Shown in pieces: positions 6,597-14,337 of a stretch of 32,000 bases of DNA (positions are counted from its first letter, which is position 1; each line of letters opens with the position of its first letter). This DNA is from Candidatus Brocadia sp. (GTDB lineage: Bacteria > Planctomycetota > Brocadiia > Brocadiales > Brocadiaceae): assembly GCA_021650915.1 (NCBI GenBank), contig CP091279.1, positions 2,160,001 through 2,192,000 of the forward strand, written 5' to 3'. The notes under the pieces were generated by a model. That model searched no databases. It saw only the letters and a program-made list of their open reading frames with translations, and was not told where the DNA came from. Made by a program: the position numbers and the translations under genes.

Positions 6597-8249
6597 CTAC
6601 GTATACGCTATAGGTAATTTGACGATAAAAGTGGTGCCTTCCCCTTCTCTGCTCTCCAGTTCAATGTGCCCTTCATGCCTTTGTATAATACTGTGGCTCA
6701 ACGCAAGGCCCAGGCCGAGTCCTTTGGGCTTTGTCGTAAAGAGGGGGTCAAAGATCATATGCTTTACATGGTCGGGAATACCACACCCGGTATCAGTAAA
6801 GGTGACCGTTAAAAGATGGCTACCCTCTTTTAACGCACAAATCCGTAATAAACCGCCCGTGGGCATGGCATCACAGGCATTTTGGATCAGATTAACAAAT
6901 ACCTGCTCAATCTGTGTGGCATCAACAAGGACCAGTGGCAGGGAATCGTCTGCCTGTATCACTCGTTTTATTTTTCCCGGGAGGGTAACTCTGGAGAGAG
7001 AAGCGTCAATGAGCGCACGAATATTCATGGGAGAGACCGAGGGTTTTGCGGTCCTTGTAAAGCCCAGCAGATCGTTGACAATCTTTATGCTCCTCTCAAT
7101 TTCTTTTTCAATAATCAACAGAAAATTGTTGAGTGTTAGGTTTTCGTTCTGTATCTGCATGCCGGAGATGCTTTTTTTCAAAAGGAACAAGGCGTTCTTA
7201 CTGGCAGCCAGAGGATTTCTCAATTCATGGCCAACCCCTGAAGCCAGCTTCCCCACAGCGGCTAATTTTTCCGAGCGTACCACTCGCTCCTGAATCGCCT
7301 TGAGTTCTTTGTTGGTGTCATAGAGGTCTCTGATATGGTCACGCAACTGCGCCATAATCTTTTCTTTTTCGTCATGAGACGCCTTAAGAGATTTGGTCAT
7401 TTCGTTGAAATTCATGGACAGCTGGCCAATCTCATCCCGGGATTGTATGTCTATAAATCGATCAAGGTTTCCACTGGCAATATCCAGGGTAACCTTTGCC
7501 ATATGCCGGAGCGGAGAAACAAGGTATGTGGTGAGAAAGAACATAATGCATATTCCGCCAAAGACAATGCCCGTGCCCATGGGGACAATGCTTCGCCAGA
7601 GGATCTTATGCGTTCTTTCGGCCACCTTGTGATGGGATAAGCCCATTTGAACAAAACCTAAAACGGGCGGCGGCTTTTCTATATCCACGGTGTCTTCACC
7701 AAAAATCTGTGCTGCAAATTCTTCCTCCGAGAAGGTCTTTCTTTCAAATACGGACGCGAAAAAATCATAAAACACCTCCCGCGAACGAGCCTCGATTCTG
7801 TCACAGAGAATTTCACCGCGATGACCGAAGATGTGTGTTTCGATGCGGACGCCTCCTCTCGACCAGCGGCTTTGTCTGGTCATCGTATCCTGTTTTTGAA
7901 GGCTTTTTTTAATAGAAATTTCTTCCATATTTAGCTTAATCCTTGACGACTTTTCTTCAATCATGACCGTCTCATTATTTAGTATGCGCACGTAACCAAT
8001 CTCATCCTCCATGTCAAGAGCACGCAGCCTATTGATAGCAGCATCAAGAAATGCCGGTTGTGCAGAACGCAAGGCATAGGTGACTTCATTGTCCTGGGCA
8101 AGCAATATGACGAGCGCCGTGCCGAATTTCCTCAACGCATCTTCCTGCTGTCTTTTCGCGTGATAGAGAAAGAATACGCAACAGAGTGCATCGATAATAA
8201 TCACCAGGATACCCACCTGAAGGATAAGTTTTGTACGAATGCTCATCAT
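6597..8249 (-). CDS. Sensor histidine kinase (2 TM segments, extracytoplasmic domain, HAMP, HisKA, HATPase_c)
   Basis: TM1 is ILQVGILVIIIDALCCVFFLY and TM2 is GIVFGGICIMFFLTTYLV. A HAMP-like segment (DEIGQLSMNFNEM), H-box GHELRNPL, N-box LIQNACDAM, G1 DTGCGI and G2 GLGLGLAL are present. Confidence 0.9.
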   Translation of the reverse strand: MMSIRTKLILQVGILVIIIDALCCVFFLYHAKRQQEDALRKFGTALVILLAQDNEVTYALRSAQPAFLDAAINRLRALDMEDEIGYVRILNNETVMIEEKSSRIKLNMEEISIKKSLQKQDTMTRQSRWSRGGVRIETHIFGHRGEILCDRIEARSREVFYDFFASVFERKTFSEEEFAAQIFGEDTVDIEKPPPVLGFVQMGLSHHKVAERTHKILWRSIVPMGTGIVFGGICIMFFLTTYLVSPLRHMAKVTLDIASGNLDRFIDIQSRDEIGQLSMNFNEMTKSLKASHDEKEKIMAQLRDHIRDLYDTNKELKAIQERVVRSEKLAAVGKLASGVGHELRNPLAASKNALFLLKKSISGMQIQNENLTLNNFLLIIEKEIERSIKIVNDLLGFTRTAKPSVSPMNIRALIDASLSRVTLPGKIKRVIQADDSLPLVLVDATQIEQVFVNLIQNACDAMPTGGLLRICALKEGSHLLTVTFTDTGCGIPDHVKHMIFDPLFTTKPKGLGLGLALSHSIIQRHEGHIELESREGEGTTFIVKLPIAYT

Positions 8250-8267
8250 GGGATTTAAAATGAAACC

Positions 8268-9248
8268 CTATTGCGGATATAAAACGACATCCGGATACGA
8301 TTGAATAGATGACAGATTTATACCAATGGCTTTTGCCGTTTGAGTGTTTAACGTCAATTTCAGCCTGCCTGGTTGCTGAACGCCCAATGAACTTGTTTCC
8401 GGATTGGTTAATAACATTTGTGCAAGCTGAGCGGCCTGGATGCCCGTGTATCGGTAATTTGGTGAGACGGCAATCAATGCCCCGGCTTTTACAATGGCAT
8501 CAGAAGTGGAAAATATGGGCAAGCGATGTTCTCTGATTATCCTGGGGATAGTTTTGAGGGTATTTTGTGTAATCACCGTGCTGTCTGGTATCACCCATAA
8601 GGCGTCGATCTTGTTGGTGATATTTTTCAGCGCGGACTCGACTTCTTTTTCCTGGATGACCTCAGTTTTCACAAGGTTAAAGTCGAATTGTTTTGCCACG
8701 ACAGTTGCTTGTGCAACCATTTTTCGTGTTTTTGACGGATCATAAATAACGCCGATATTCTTATGTGGACCAAGAATTTCCTGTAAGACGGCAAACTGGT
8801 CTTCAATCGACGCTTCCGATGAAATACCCGTAATATTGGTTCCCTGTAAATTGAAGCGATCGTGATTGATCACCATGCAAAAGATAATGGGGATACCAGG
8901 GAAATGTTCCTTTACAAGGGTCGCGGCAAGTACGCCTACGGTCAAAATGGCATTCGGTTTTGGTGTGGTCTCCTTGACCATCTGAATAATCCTCCTGGCC
9001 TCTTCGGTGTCGCCATGAAGATCGTAGATGGTCTTTATCTTAATATTTTTTCCTTCGCATCCTTCTTCAAACCCCTGAATTGCTTCATTATAGGCCGCAA
9101 TTTGCTGACTTCGAAAAATAATGACGGTGTTTTCCGCAGCAAACAACGGAGGAACAAAGGATATCGTCTGGAAAAGCAACGCAAGGGCAACCCACCCGAT
9201 GAGAAGAACACCAGGGTGTCTTTCGAATTGAATGAATTTTTGGTTCAT
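8268..9248 (-). CDS. Periplasmic substrate-binding protein, ABC_sub_bind (PF04392-like) family
   Basis: Signal/anchor segment GVLLIGWVALALLF. The alternating pattern (VIIFRSQQIAAYNEAIQGFEEG, AILTVGVLAATL, IPIIFCMV, TNITGIS, IGVIYDP) resembles this family. No ABC permease or ATPase gene is adjacent. Confidence 0.75.
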   Translation of the reverse strand: MNQKFIQFERHPGVLLIGWVALALLFQTISFVPPLFAAENTVIIFRSQQIAAYNEAIQGFEEGCEGKNIKIKTIYDLHGDTEEARRIIQMVKETTPKPNAILTVGVLAATLVKEHFPGIPIIFCMVINHDRFNLQGTNITGISSEASIEDQFAVLQEILGPHKNIGVIYDPSKTRKMVAQATVVAKQFDFNLVKTEVIQEKEVESALKNITNKIDALWVIPDSTVITQNTLKTIPRIIREHRLPIFSTSDAIVKAGALIAVSPNYRYTGIQAAQLAQMLLTNPETSSLGVQQPGRLKLTLNTQTAKAIGINLSSIQSYPDVVLYPQ

Positions 9249-9327
9249 TGCGCCGCTATGTTCTCCTTTTGCATACGTGTCTCTCCTCTTTCGGGGATTT
9301 GGCTGTGACTACGCACACATAAAGATT

Positions 9328-9870
9328 TTATAACATCTTAACCTTATGGAGAGATTCATCTTCGTGAACGTATTGTTCGGTTAACGCACGCAGCTTTTCC
9401 TGAAGCTGCGTCACGATGACACCTATTCGTGGTTCAAGGTCTTTTATGGAAACAACTTCGGCCTTCTTCATTTGTACCAACCCATCGCTGGCCTGGTGCA
9501 TTGCTGTTTTTGCCGCGATCAACCTGGCGTTTAAATCCCGGATCCGCTGACACATTTGTTTGATCATGCGAAGGGCAAGGGTTGGGTCCATTTTGATCCT
9601 TTTGAGAAGCCCTTCATGTTCTATCGCCAGGACCCTTGCCTCTCCAATGGCCTTGATAGTAGCAGAGCGCGGACTGGCGTCAAAGAGGCTCATTTCTCCA
9701 AAAATATCCCCCTCTCCAAGCAACGCCAAAATGGTTTCGTTTCCATTGTCGTTTTTTACAACCTTCACTTTTCCACCCTGTATTACGTACATGGTGCGGC
9801 TCTGCATTCCTTCTTCAACGATAGTTTCGTTGTCTTTATAGAGCCTTCCCAGGAGGGATTCTTCCGACAT
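9328..9870 (-). CDS. Stand-alone cyclic-nucleotide-binding (CAP_ED) protein with a C-terminal coiled coil and no HTH
   Basis: The phosphate-binding cassette GDIFGEMSLFDASPRSATIKA (GE..L....PRSAT) is present. The C-terminal 55 aa or so are heptad-like. A strong SD (AGGAGG) precedes the ATG. Confidence 0.85.
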   Translation of the reverse strand: MSEESLLGRLYKDNETIVEEGMQSRTMYVIQGGKVKVVKNDNGNETILALLGEGDIFGEMSLFDASPRSATIKAIGEARVLAIEHEGLLKRIKMDPTLALRMIKQMCQRIRDLNARLIAAKTAMHQASDGLVQMKKAEVVSIKDLEPRIGVIVTQLQEKLRALTEQYVHEDESLHKVKML

Positions 9871-9884
9871 GGCACTCCTCCTTT

Positions 9885-11225
9885 CTATCGGTTTTTAAAG
9901 GAAAAGAACACTTTTTTAACAGGGTAAATAACCATTGCACTGAACAGGTACACGACAAACGAGGGATGCAATGCCCTCAGAAAAATATCTTTATAGAATC
10001 TGCTCCCCGTAAACATGTCCCAAAGGATATCGCTGTATGGCGTATTCTTTTGCAGGTTTTTTTGTTCGCGCTGAACGATATTGAAGTAGCTTCGGGAAAT
10101 TGGCGATACGATAGACATGAGATGGTTTGCTGCAAAGAGGAATTGACCAAACAGATTATCCCTGTTTAAGGATTTACAGGTCGGCAGGTAGTGTTCCTGA
10201 AAATCTTTTTCTCCAATACCCTCGAGTAGCGCGGTATGCGCCGCCGCTTTCGCTGTTATATAGGCAGAGCCTATTCCGTCTTTATAGAGTCTTGAGCTAC
10301 TGGCATCTCCAACAAACACCGTCCTGTTGGCAAAAGGTTTTCTTGCAGCGCCTACGCTGATTTTCGGAAAGCAGTGACAAAATTTTTCGGGCACTTGAAA
10401 ACCGGAAGGCAGGAATTTTTTCATTGAATGATGGCCAAGAAAGGCCTTTATATGATCCAATTTGGGATCTTTTCCCAGCACGCTAACTGTAATGTAGTCG
10501 CCTTTTGGTATAACACTGACAAACTTTATTCCGGGAATGCGGAGTAAAAAGATGTGAATAGCATGCCCAAACCGGTGTACCACCCAATCACTTCCCAGTT
10601 CGATCTCCGATTGAGCAGTTTTTATGGTAGGCGGAACTTTATATCCGCTGCCAAGATCCTCATACATTTTACCGGTGCTCGCCTTAATTCCAAATGCCCC
10701 AACGAGGAGGTCGCACTCCTGGAGCATATTTTTTCCCGAATAAAGCCTCGGTTTCTCTCCTTCCATACAAATTCCGTCAATAAGTGACCGCTTTACATGA
10801 GCTCCATGTTCAACAGCCTTTTGGAGAAGAAAATCGTCAAAACTCTGGATGCCTTTTGCTAAACTTCCGGCAGGTCCTCCACCCCTGAATACCGTAGCTA
10901 TGCCCCTCTGCCTCAGCCGGGAAGATTTGATCTCAACGCTGCCACCCTCGATATGAAAAAAATACGATTCAATGCCCCATCGGACAACGGTAGCTGGCAA
11001 ATTGATCCCTTCCAGTGCCAGGTTTTGCACCAGAGATTCTGAAACAACCCCGGCACACATATTGCAACCTGACGCCCCGTGACTGACAAAGGACTTCCGC
11101 TCGTAAATCGTGAAATCGAGTGCCTTACCCATATCCCGGGCTAATTTAGATGCGAAGATAGAGAAGAAGGAACCCGCAGGTCCTCCTCCAATTATTGCTA
11201 TGCGCGCACCGTCATGGAGGATCAC
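9885..11225 (-). CDS. FAD-dependent oxidoreductase (geranylgeranyl-reductase/monooxygenase-like fold)
   Basis: GTG start preceded by AAGGAG. The N-terminal dinucleotide fold IAIIGGGPAGSFF ... YERK is present, and the protein is 446 aa. The specific function is not assignable. Confidence 0.7.
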   Translation of the reverse strand: MILHDGARIAIIGGGPAGSFFSIFASKLARDMGKALDFTIYERKSFVSHGASGCNMCAGVVSESLVQNLALEGINLPATVVRWGIESYFFHIEGGSVEIKSSRLRQRGIATVFRGGGPAGSLAKGIQSFDDFLLQKAVEHGAHVKRSLIDGICMEGEKPRLYSGKNMLQECDLLVGAFGIKASTGKMYEDLGSGYKVPPTIKTAQSEIELGSDWVVHRFGHAIHIFLLRIPGIKFVSVIPKGDYITVSVLGKDPKLDHIKAFLGHHSMKKFLPSGFQVPEKFCHCFPKISVGAARKPFANRTVFVGDASSSRLYKDGIGSAYITAKAAAHTALLEGIGEKDFQEHYLPTCKSLNRDNLFGQFLFAANHLMSIVSPISRSYFNIVQREQKNLQKNTPYSDILWDMFTGSRFYKDIFLRALHPSFVVYLFSAMVIYPVKKVFFSFKNR

Positions 11226-11526
11226 GTTTGCTCCTTATTATGCACAGCTCAAATTATGGATGTGATATGCGTTTCTCTGAGAGCGTAAGACATGCATAGA
11301 AAAAATCTCACGCATCCTCTGAATACAATTTTTTGCGGAAATGTTTTGGATGCCGGATCTTAAAAATTTTCAATTACCGCTTAATGCTATCATATTTTTT
11401 GCTTCTTTTCAAGCATGCAAAATTCTCCAACAATCGAACCCTTTCATTTCGTGAAGAAATTTTGACGTGATTTTTTATGGTAGCGGAAACGCTCCCGGAT
11501 GAATCGCAAAAAATTAAATTTGCTAA

Positions 11527-11554
11527 TTGACAACAAATGCGCTTATGATATACT
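11527..11554 (+). promoter_or_regulatory. Sigma70-like promoter upstream of the amidase-rhomboid pair
   Basis: TTGACA (11527-11532), 16-nt spacer, TATACT (11549-11554) preceded by TGA. About 75 nt upstream of ATG 11630. Confidence 0.45.
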
Positions 11555-11629
11555 TCCCACACATTGGCTGAGGCATGTTTGAAAGATATCTATTAAGAGC
11601 GGGAGCATTCGTATTACGGGAGATACTGC

Positions 11630-12244
11630 ATGCGCTTTACGGAAAAATTTTATCTTTGTCTGTCTCTTCTTGTCCTTATATATTTATCTGGTTGCTATGC
11701 GCCGCCTGCTTTTAAACCGATAACAACCGTACCCGTGAGACCACCAAAAAAGGAAGTCCCCTGTAAGGAAACCCCCTATATTGAAAGTCAGCTCAACCGC
11801 TACTCGGTGCGTGAATGGAAATATATTGTCATCCATCATAGCGCCTCAGCGTCAGGCTGTGCCGCTGAATTCGACAGGTATCATCGTGAAAAGAGAGGAT
11901 GGGAAAATGGCTTGGGCTATCATTTTGTCATTGGAAATGGCAGCGGCGCCGGTGACGGGCAGATTGAGATTGGCAACCGCTGGGTAAAGCAGATCGATGG
12001 CGCCCACGCTGGTGTGCAGGAATATAACCGTTACGGCATTGGAATCTGTCTCGTGGGAAACTTCAACGGTTCATATCCGACGTCTGCGCAAATGGCCTCG
12101 CTTTCAACGTTAGTAGGCTATCTCCAGGAGCGATGCCATATCCCTTCCGAAAACATTATCATGCACCGTCACTTCAGGGAAACGGAATGTCCCGGCAGAA
12201 ACTTTCCCTATTATAAATTGCTTGCGAAAACTGCCCGATGGTAA
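11630..12244 (+). CDS. N-acetylmuramoyl-L-alanine amidase (Amidase_2/PGRP-type), lipoprotein
   Basis: Lipobox LSGC after a hydrophobic leader. IVIHHSA, GYHFVIGNG, IGICLVGNF and the HRHF..TECPG zinc-ligand pattern are present. Confidence 0.85.
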   Translation: MRFTEKFYLCLSLLVLIYLSGCYAPPAFKPITTVPVRPPKKEVPCKETPYIESQLNRYSVREWKYIVIHHSASASGCAAEFDRYHREKRGWENGLGYHFVIGNGSGAGDGQIEIGNRWVKQIDGAHAGVQEYNRYGIGICLVGNFNGSYPTSAQMASLSTLVGYLQERCHIPSENIIMHRHFRETECPGRNFPYYKLLAKTARW

Positions 12245-12276
12245 TCCCTCGCCTTATTTCCTTGGTAGAAGGCTAA

Positions 12277-12957
12277 ATGATTCCGATCCGAGATCGAAAC
12301 CCGTCAGGGACGGTTCCCGTTGTTACCGCTAGTATTATTCTTACCAACGTGCTCGTTTTCCTCATTCAGCTTTCCCTGGGCGATCAGCTCGAACTTTTCC
12401 TCTTTCACTTTGGGATTGTTCCCATGAAGATAGTCTATTCTTCTGAAATCCCCGATTCTACGTTCATCAACACCTATCTTCCCTTTCTGAGTTATATGTT
12501 TCTCCACGGCGGATTTGTTCATCTGATCGGGAATATGTGGTATCTGTGGATTTTTGGGAATAATATCGAGGACCAGCTTGGGCATATCAGGTTCGTTCTC
12601 TTTTACTTCATCTGCGGAATTGGCGCTGCCATTGTCCATGTGTATTCTAATAGTCAATCAGCGATTCCCTGCATAGGAGCAAGCGGAGCAATAGCGGGAG
12701 TGCTTGGCGCTTATATGATTACCTTCCCCAGGGCGCGGATACTCGTCATCCTTCCCCTTTTTGTTATCTGGGAATTCATCGAATTGCCTGCCATCGTAGT
12801 GCTCGGTTTTTGGTTCCTGATTCAGTTTTTTAGCGGCACAGCAGCCATTTCCTCTGCACAGGGAGGAGGGGTCGCATGGTGGGCACATATCGGCGGATTT
12901 GTTCTCGGCATGATTTTTATAAAATTACTTCCAAAATCTCGCTATCGTCATCATTAA
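12277..12957 (+). CDS. Rhomboid-family intramembrane serine protease
   Basis: Six or more hydrophobic segments. Motifs HGGFVHLIGNM, catalytic GASGAIAGVLGAY, and His in WWAHIGGF. Confidence 0.9.
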   Translation: MIPIRDRNPSGTVPVVTASIILTNVLVFLIQLSLGDQLELFLFHFGIVPMKIVYSSEIPDSTFINTYLPFLSYMFLHGGFVHLIGNMWYLWIFGNNIEDQLGHIRFVLFYFICGIGAAIVHVYSNSQSAIPCIGASGAIAGVLGAYMITFPRARILVILPLFVIWEFIELPAIVVLGFWFLIQFFSGTAAISSAQGGGVAWWAHIGGFVLGMIFIKLLPKSRYRHH

Positions 12958-13079
12958 AAATCTGCGTATTTGCGAAGTCCTGCAGTAACTTCAGGCATTA
13001 TATTTAGTGACATGCTTTTCTATAGATGACATTTCTTAACCACCATTGCTAAACGAGACTTCTGATGGTAAGCACAAAT

Positions 13080-13165
13080 GGGGCTTCGCCACGCTGGTTC
13101 TCCCTTCGGTTCGCTCAGGGAGAACCAGTCGCACGAAACCGACCGCTTTGCGGCGGCTTAGCCCC
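13080..13165. other. GC-rich nested-hairpin element in the convergent intergenic gap (function unknown)
   Basis: A perfect 11-bp stem, CTGGTTCTCCC (13094-13104) / GGGAGAACCAG (13118-13128), has a 13-nt loop. It is enclosed by GGGGCT..GCC (13080-) pairing with GGC..AGCCCC (-13165). The element is clearly more GC-rich than its AT-rich flanks. Confidence 0.4.
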
Positions 13166-13194
13166 GCGTTAACAAAACGAGTAATGAATGCACG

Positions 13195-14337
13195 TCAGTA
13201 ACACGGTATCCCCCTGATTATCACAAACCCCCCGCTATTCGTGTGTGACCAGGTTTCTGGTTCAGAATCGATGACTTCGTAACTTCCTGCGGGTATTATG
13301 GTATTGGGATACGATACCCAGGAACGAATGACGGTCGTTCCTGAAAATGGCCCGTATCTCTGAAGTGAGTTGTGATTGTACAACACATGTGTTCCCGCAG
13401 GCTGGCCACGATCGCACCAATGATAGGTGAGGATTTCCGTAACATATGCATCCTGCGGTATGGTTATAAAGGTTGTACCTGGATTACCACAGATCACTCC
13501 AAGAATGTTATACGTATGCACTATCTCTACGGCATCCGTGCGCACAAGTTTGTTGATTGTCGTAACGACGTCATTAAGTATCTTCGCTTCTGCCTTATGC
13601 CCTGGGGCCATATACGATTTGATAAAATTATGGCCACCCCAAATGTCACCCCAATTGAGAGGGCCGAAGAAATTGTCAAGATTCGGTGATAATGCAGATG
13701 GAATGCTGCCGATGATGAGGTCTTCATCTATTGTCGTATAGGGACCACCAGCGGCAACGGAACTATCCGGATTTGCCACCGATACTATGCCGAATCCATC
13801 AATGTATTGTTGGTTTATGCCGCGATACGCAATATTGCCATACAGATTGCCCTGAGAATGTGCGACGAGCACTACCATTTTGCCATCCTGCAAATGTTGA
13901 TTATACAAAGCAATGTGTTCCTGAACCGACGGGTTGGCGCTTACCACAGCGGCATCAACTTCCTTTGCTATCGCAATGATTCTGTTCTGAAGGAAGTCCG
14001 GCATGGTATCCCAGTCGGCAAGATAGTTCCAGAACTGGCTGTAGTTCGTCTGTAAAGCTTGCTCAAATGTTTCTATTAGGTCTGCTAAATACCCTTCGGA
14101 AGGATTATAAGCTAATCCGTATGTTATTGTGCCTTCCAGACTCGTTCCCGATACATGTGCATTTAGTCGATTCACTAATAATTCCCTACTTTCATCGGCA
14201 TCTTCCACATCATTCCATACCCCGTTGCCAAAAAAGACAACGACCTCTGGTTGGCATCGCTCATTTTCACCATGAACAACACCCGACACGCTAAGAGAGA
14301 TTGCAATTACTATGTAAGGTATCCATCGGATCTTCAT
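13195..14337 (-). CDS. Secreted alpha/beta-hydrolase-fold protein (lipase/esterase-like) with an extra C-terminal beta-rich domain
   Basis: Signal peptide IVIAISLSVSGVVHG. Nucleophile elbow VLVAHSQGN (A-H-S-x-G, as in small Bacillus-type lipases). Candidate His in WGGHNF. The start ATG overlaps the upstream stop (ATGA, 14334-14337). Confidence 0.65.
   Translation of the reverse strand: MKIRWIPYIVIAISLSVSGVVHGENERCQPEVVVFFGNGVWNDVEDADESRELLVNRLNAHVSGTSLEGTITYGLAYNPSEGYLADLIETFEQALQTNYSQFWNYLADWDTMPDFLQNRIIAIAKEVDAAVVSANPSVQEHIALYNQHLQDGKMVVLVAHSQGNLYGNIAYRGINQQYIDGFGIVSVANPDSSVAAGGPYTTIDEDLIIGSIPSALSPNLDNFFGPLNWGDIWGGHNFIKSYMAPGHKAEAKILNDVVTTINKLVRTDAVEIVHTYNILGVICGNPGTTFITIPQDAYVTEILTYHWCDRGQPAGTHVLYNHNSLQRYGPFSGTTVIRSWVSYPNTIIPAGSYEVIDSEPETWSHTNSGGFVIIRGIPCY

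Noticed and set aside
6619-7293. 224-aa ORF antisense to the histidine kinase
   Set aside because: It is a shadow ORF on the opposite strand of a gene with unambiguous HisKA/HATPase motifs. Its product is Ser/Arg/Cys-rich and low-complexity. The same reasoning applies to 6882..7139, 7335..7640 and 7393..7632.
5441-9870. Cyclase plus cNMP-binding protein, considered as a Pycsar/CBASS-like anti-phage signalling system
   Set aside because: The cyclase is the output domain of a canonical two-component pathway, with an intact REC and a cognate HK and binding protein. It has the purine-type Lys. The CAP_ED protein has no TM, TIR, nuclease or other killing domain. It looks like housekeeping-style signalling rather than abortive infection.
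11374-11562. 62-aa minus-strand ORF in the divergent promoter region
   Set aside because: It overlaps the strong plus-strand promoter candidate, has no SD, and its sequence is not protein-like.
13094-13128. UGGUUCUCCC resembles the 5' part of E. coli 4.5S (SRP) RNA
   Set aside because: The stem closes on itself after a 13-nt loop. No helix-8 hallmark (GGAA tetraloop / AGCA-type symmetric loop, ...GGAAGCAGCC...) is present anywhere in 12958-13195.
13080-13165. An 86-nt element with a 6-bp closing helix, considered as a class II tRNA or tRNA pseudogene
   Set aside because: I tried a cloverleaf on both strands. There is no GTTCRA T-loop next to the 3' acceptor strand and no proper D-arm GG. 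The central stem is 11 bp, too long for an anticodon stem.
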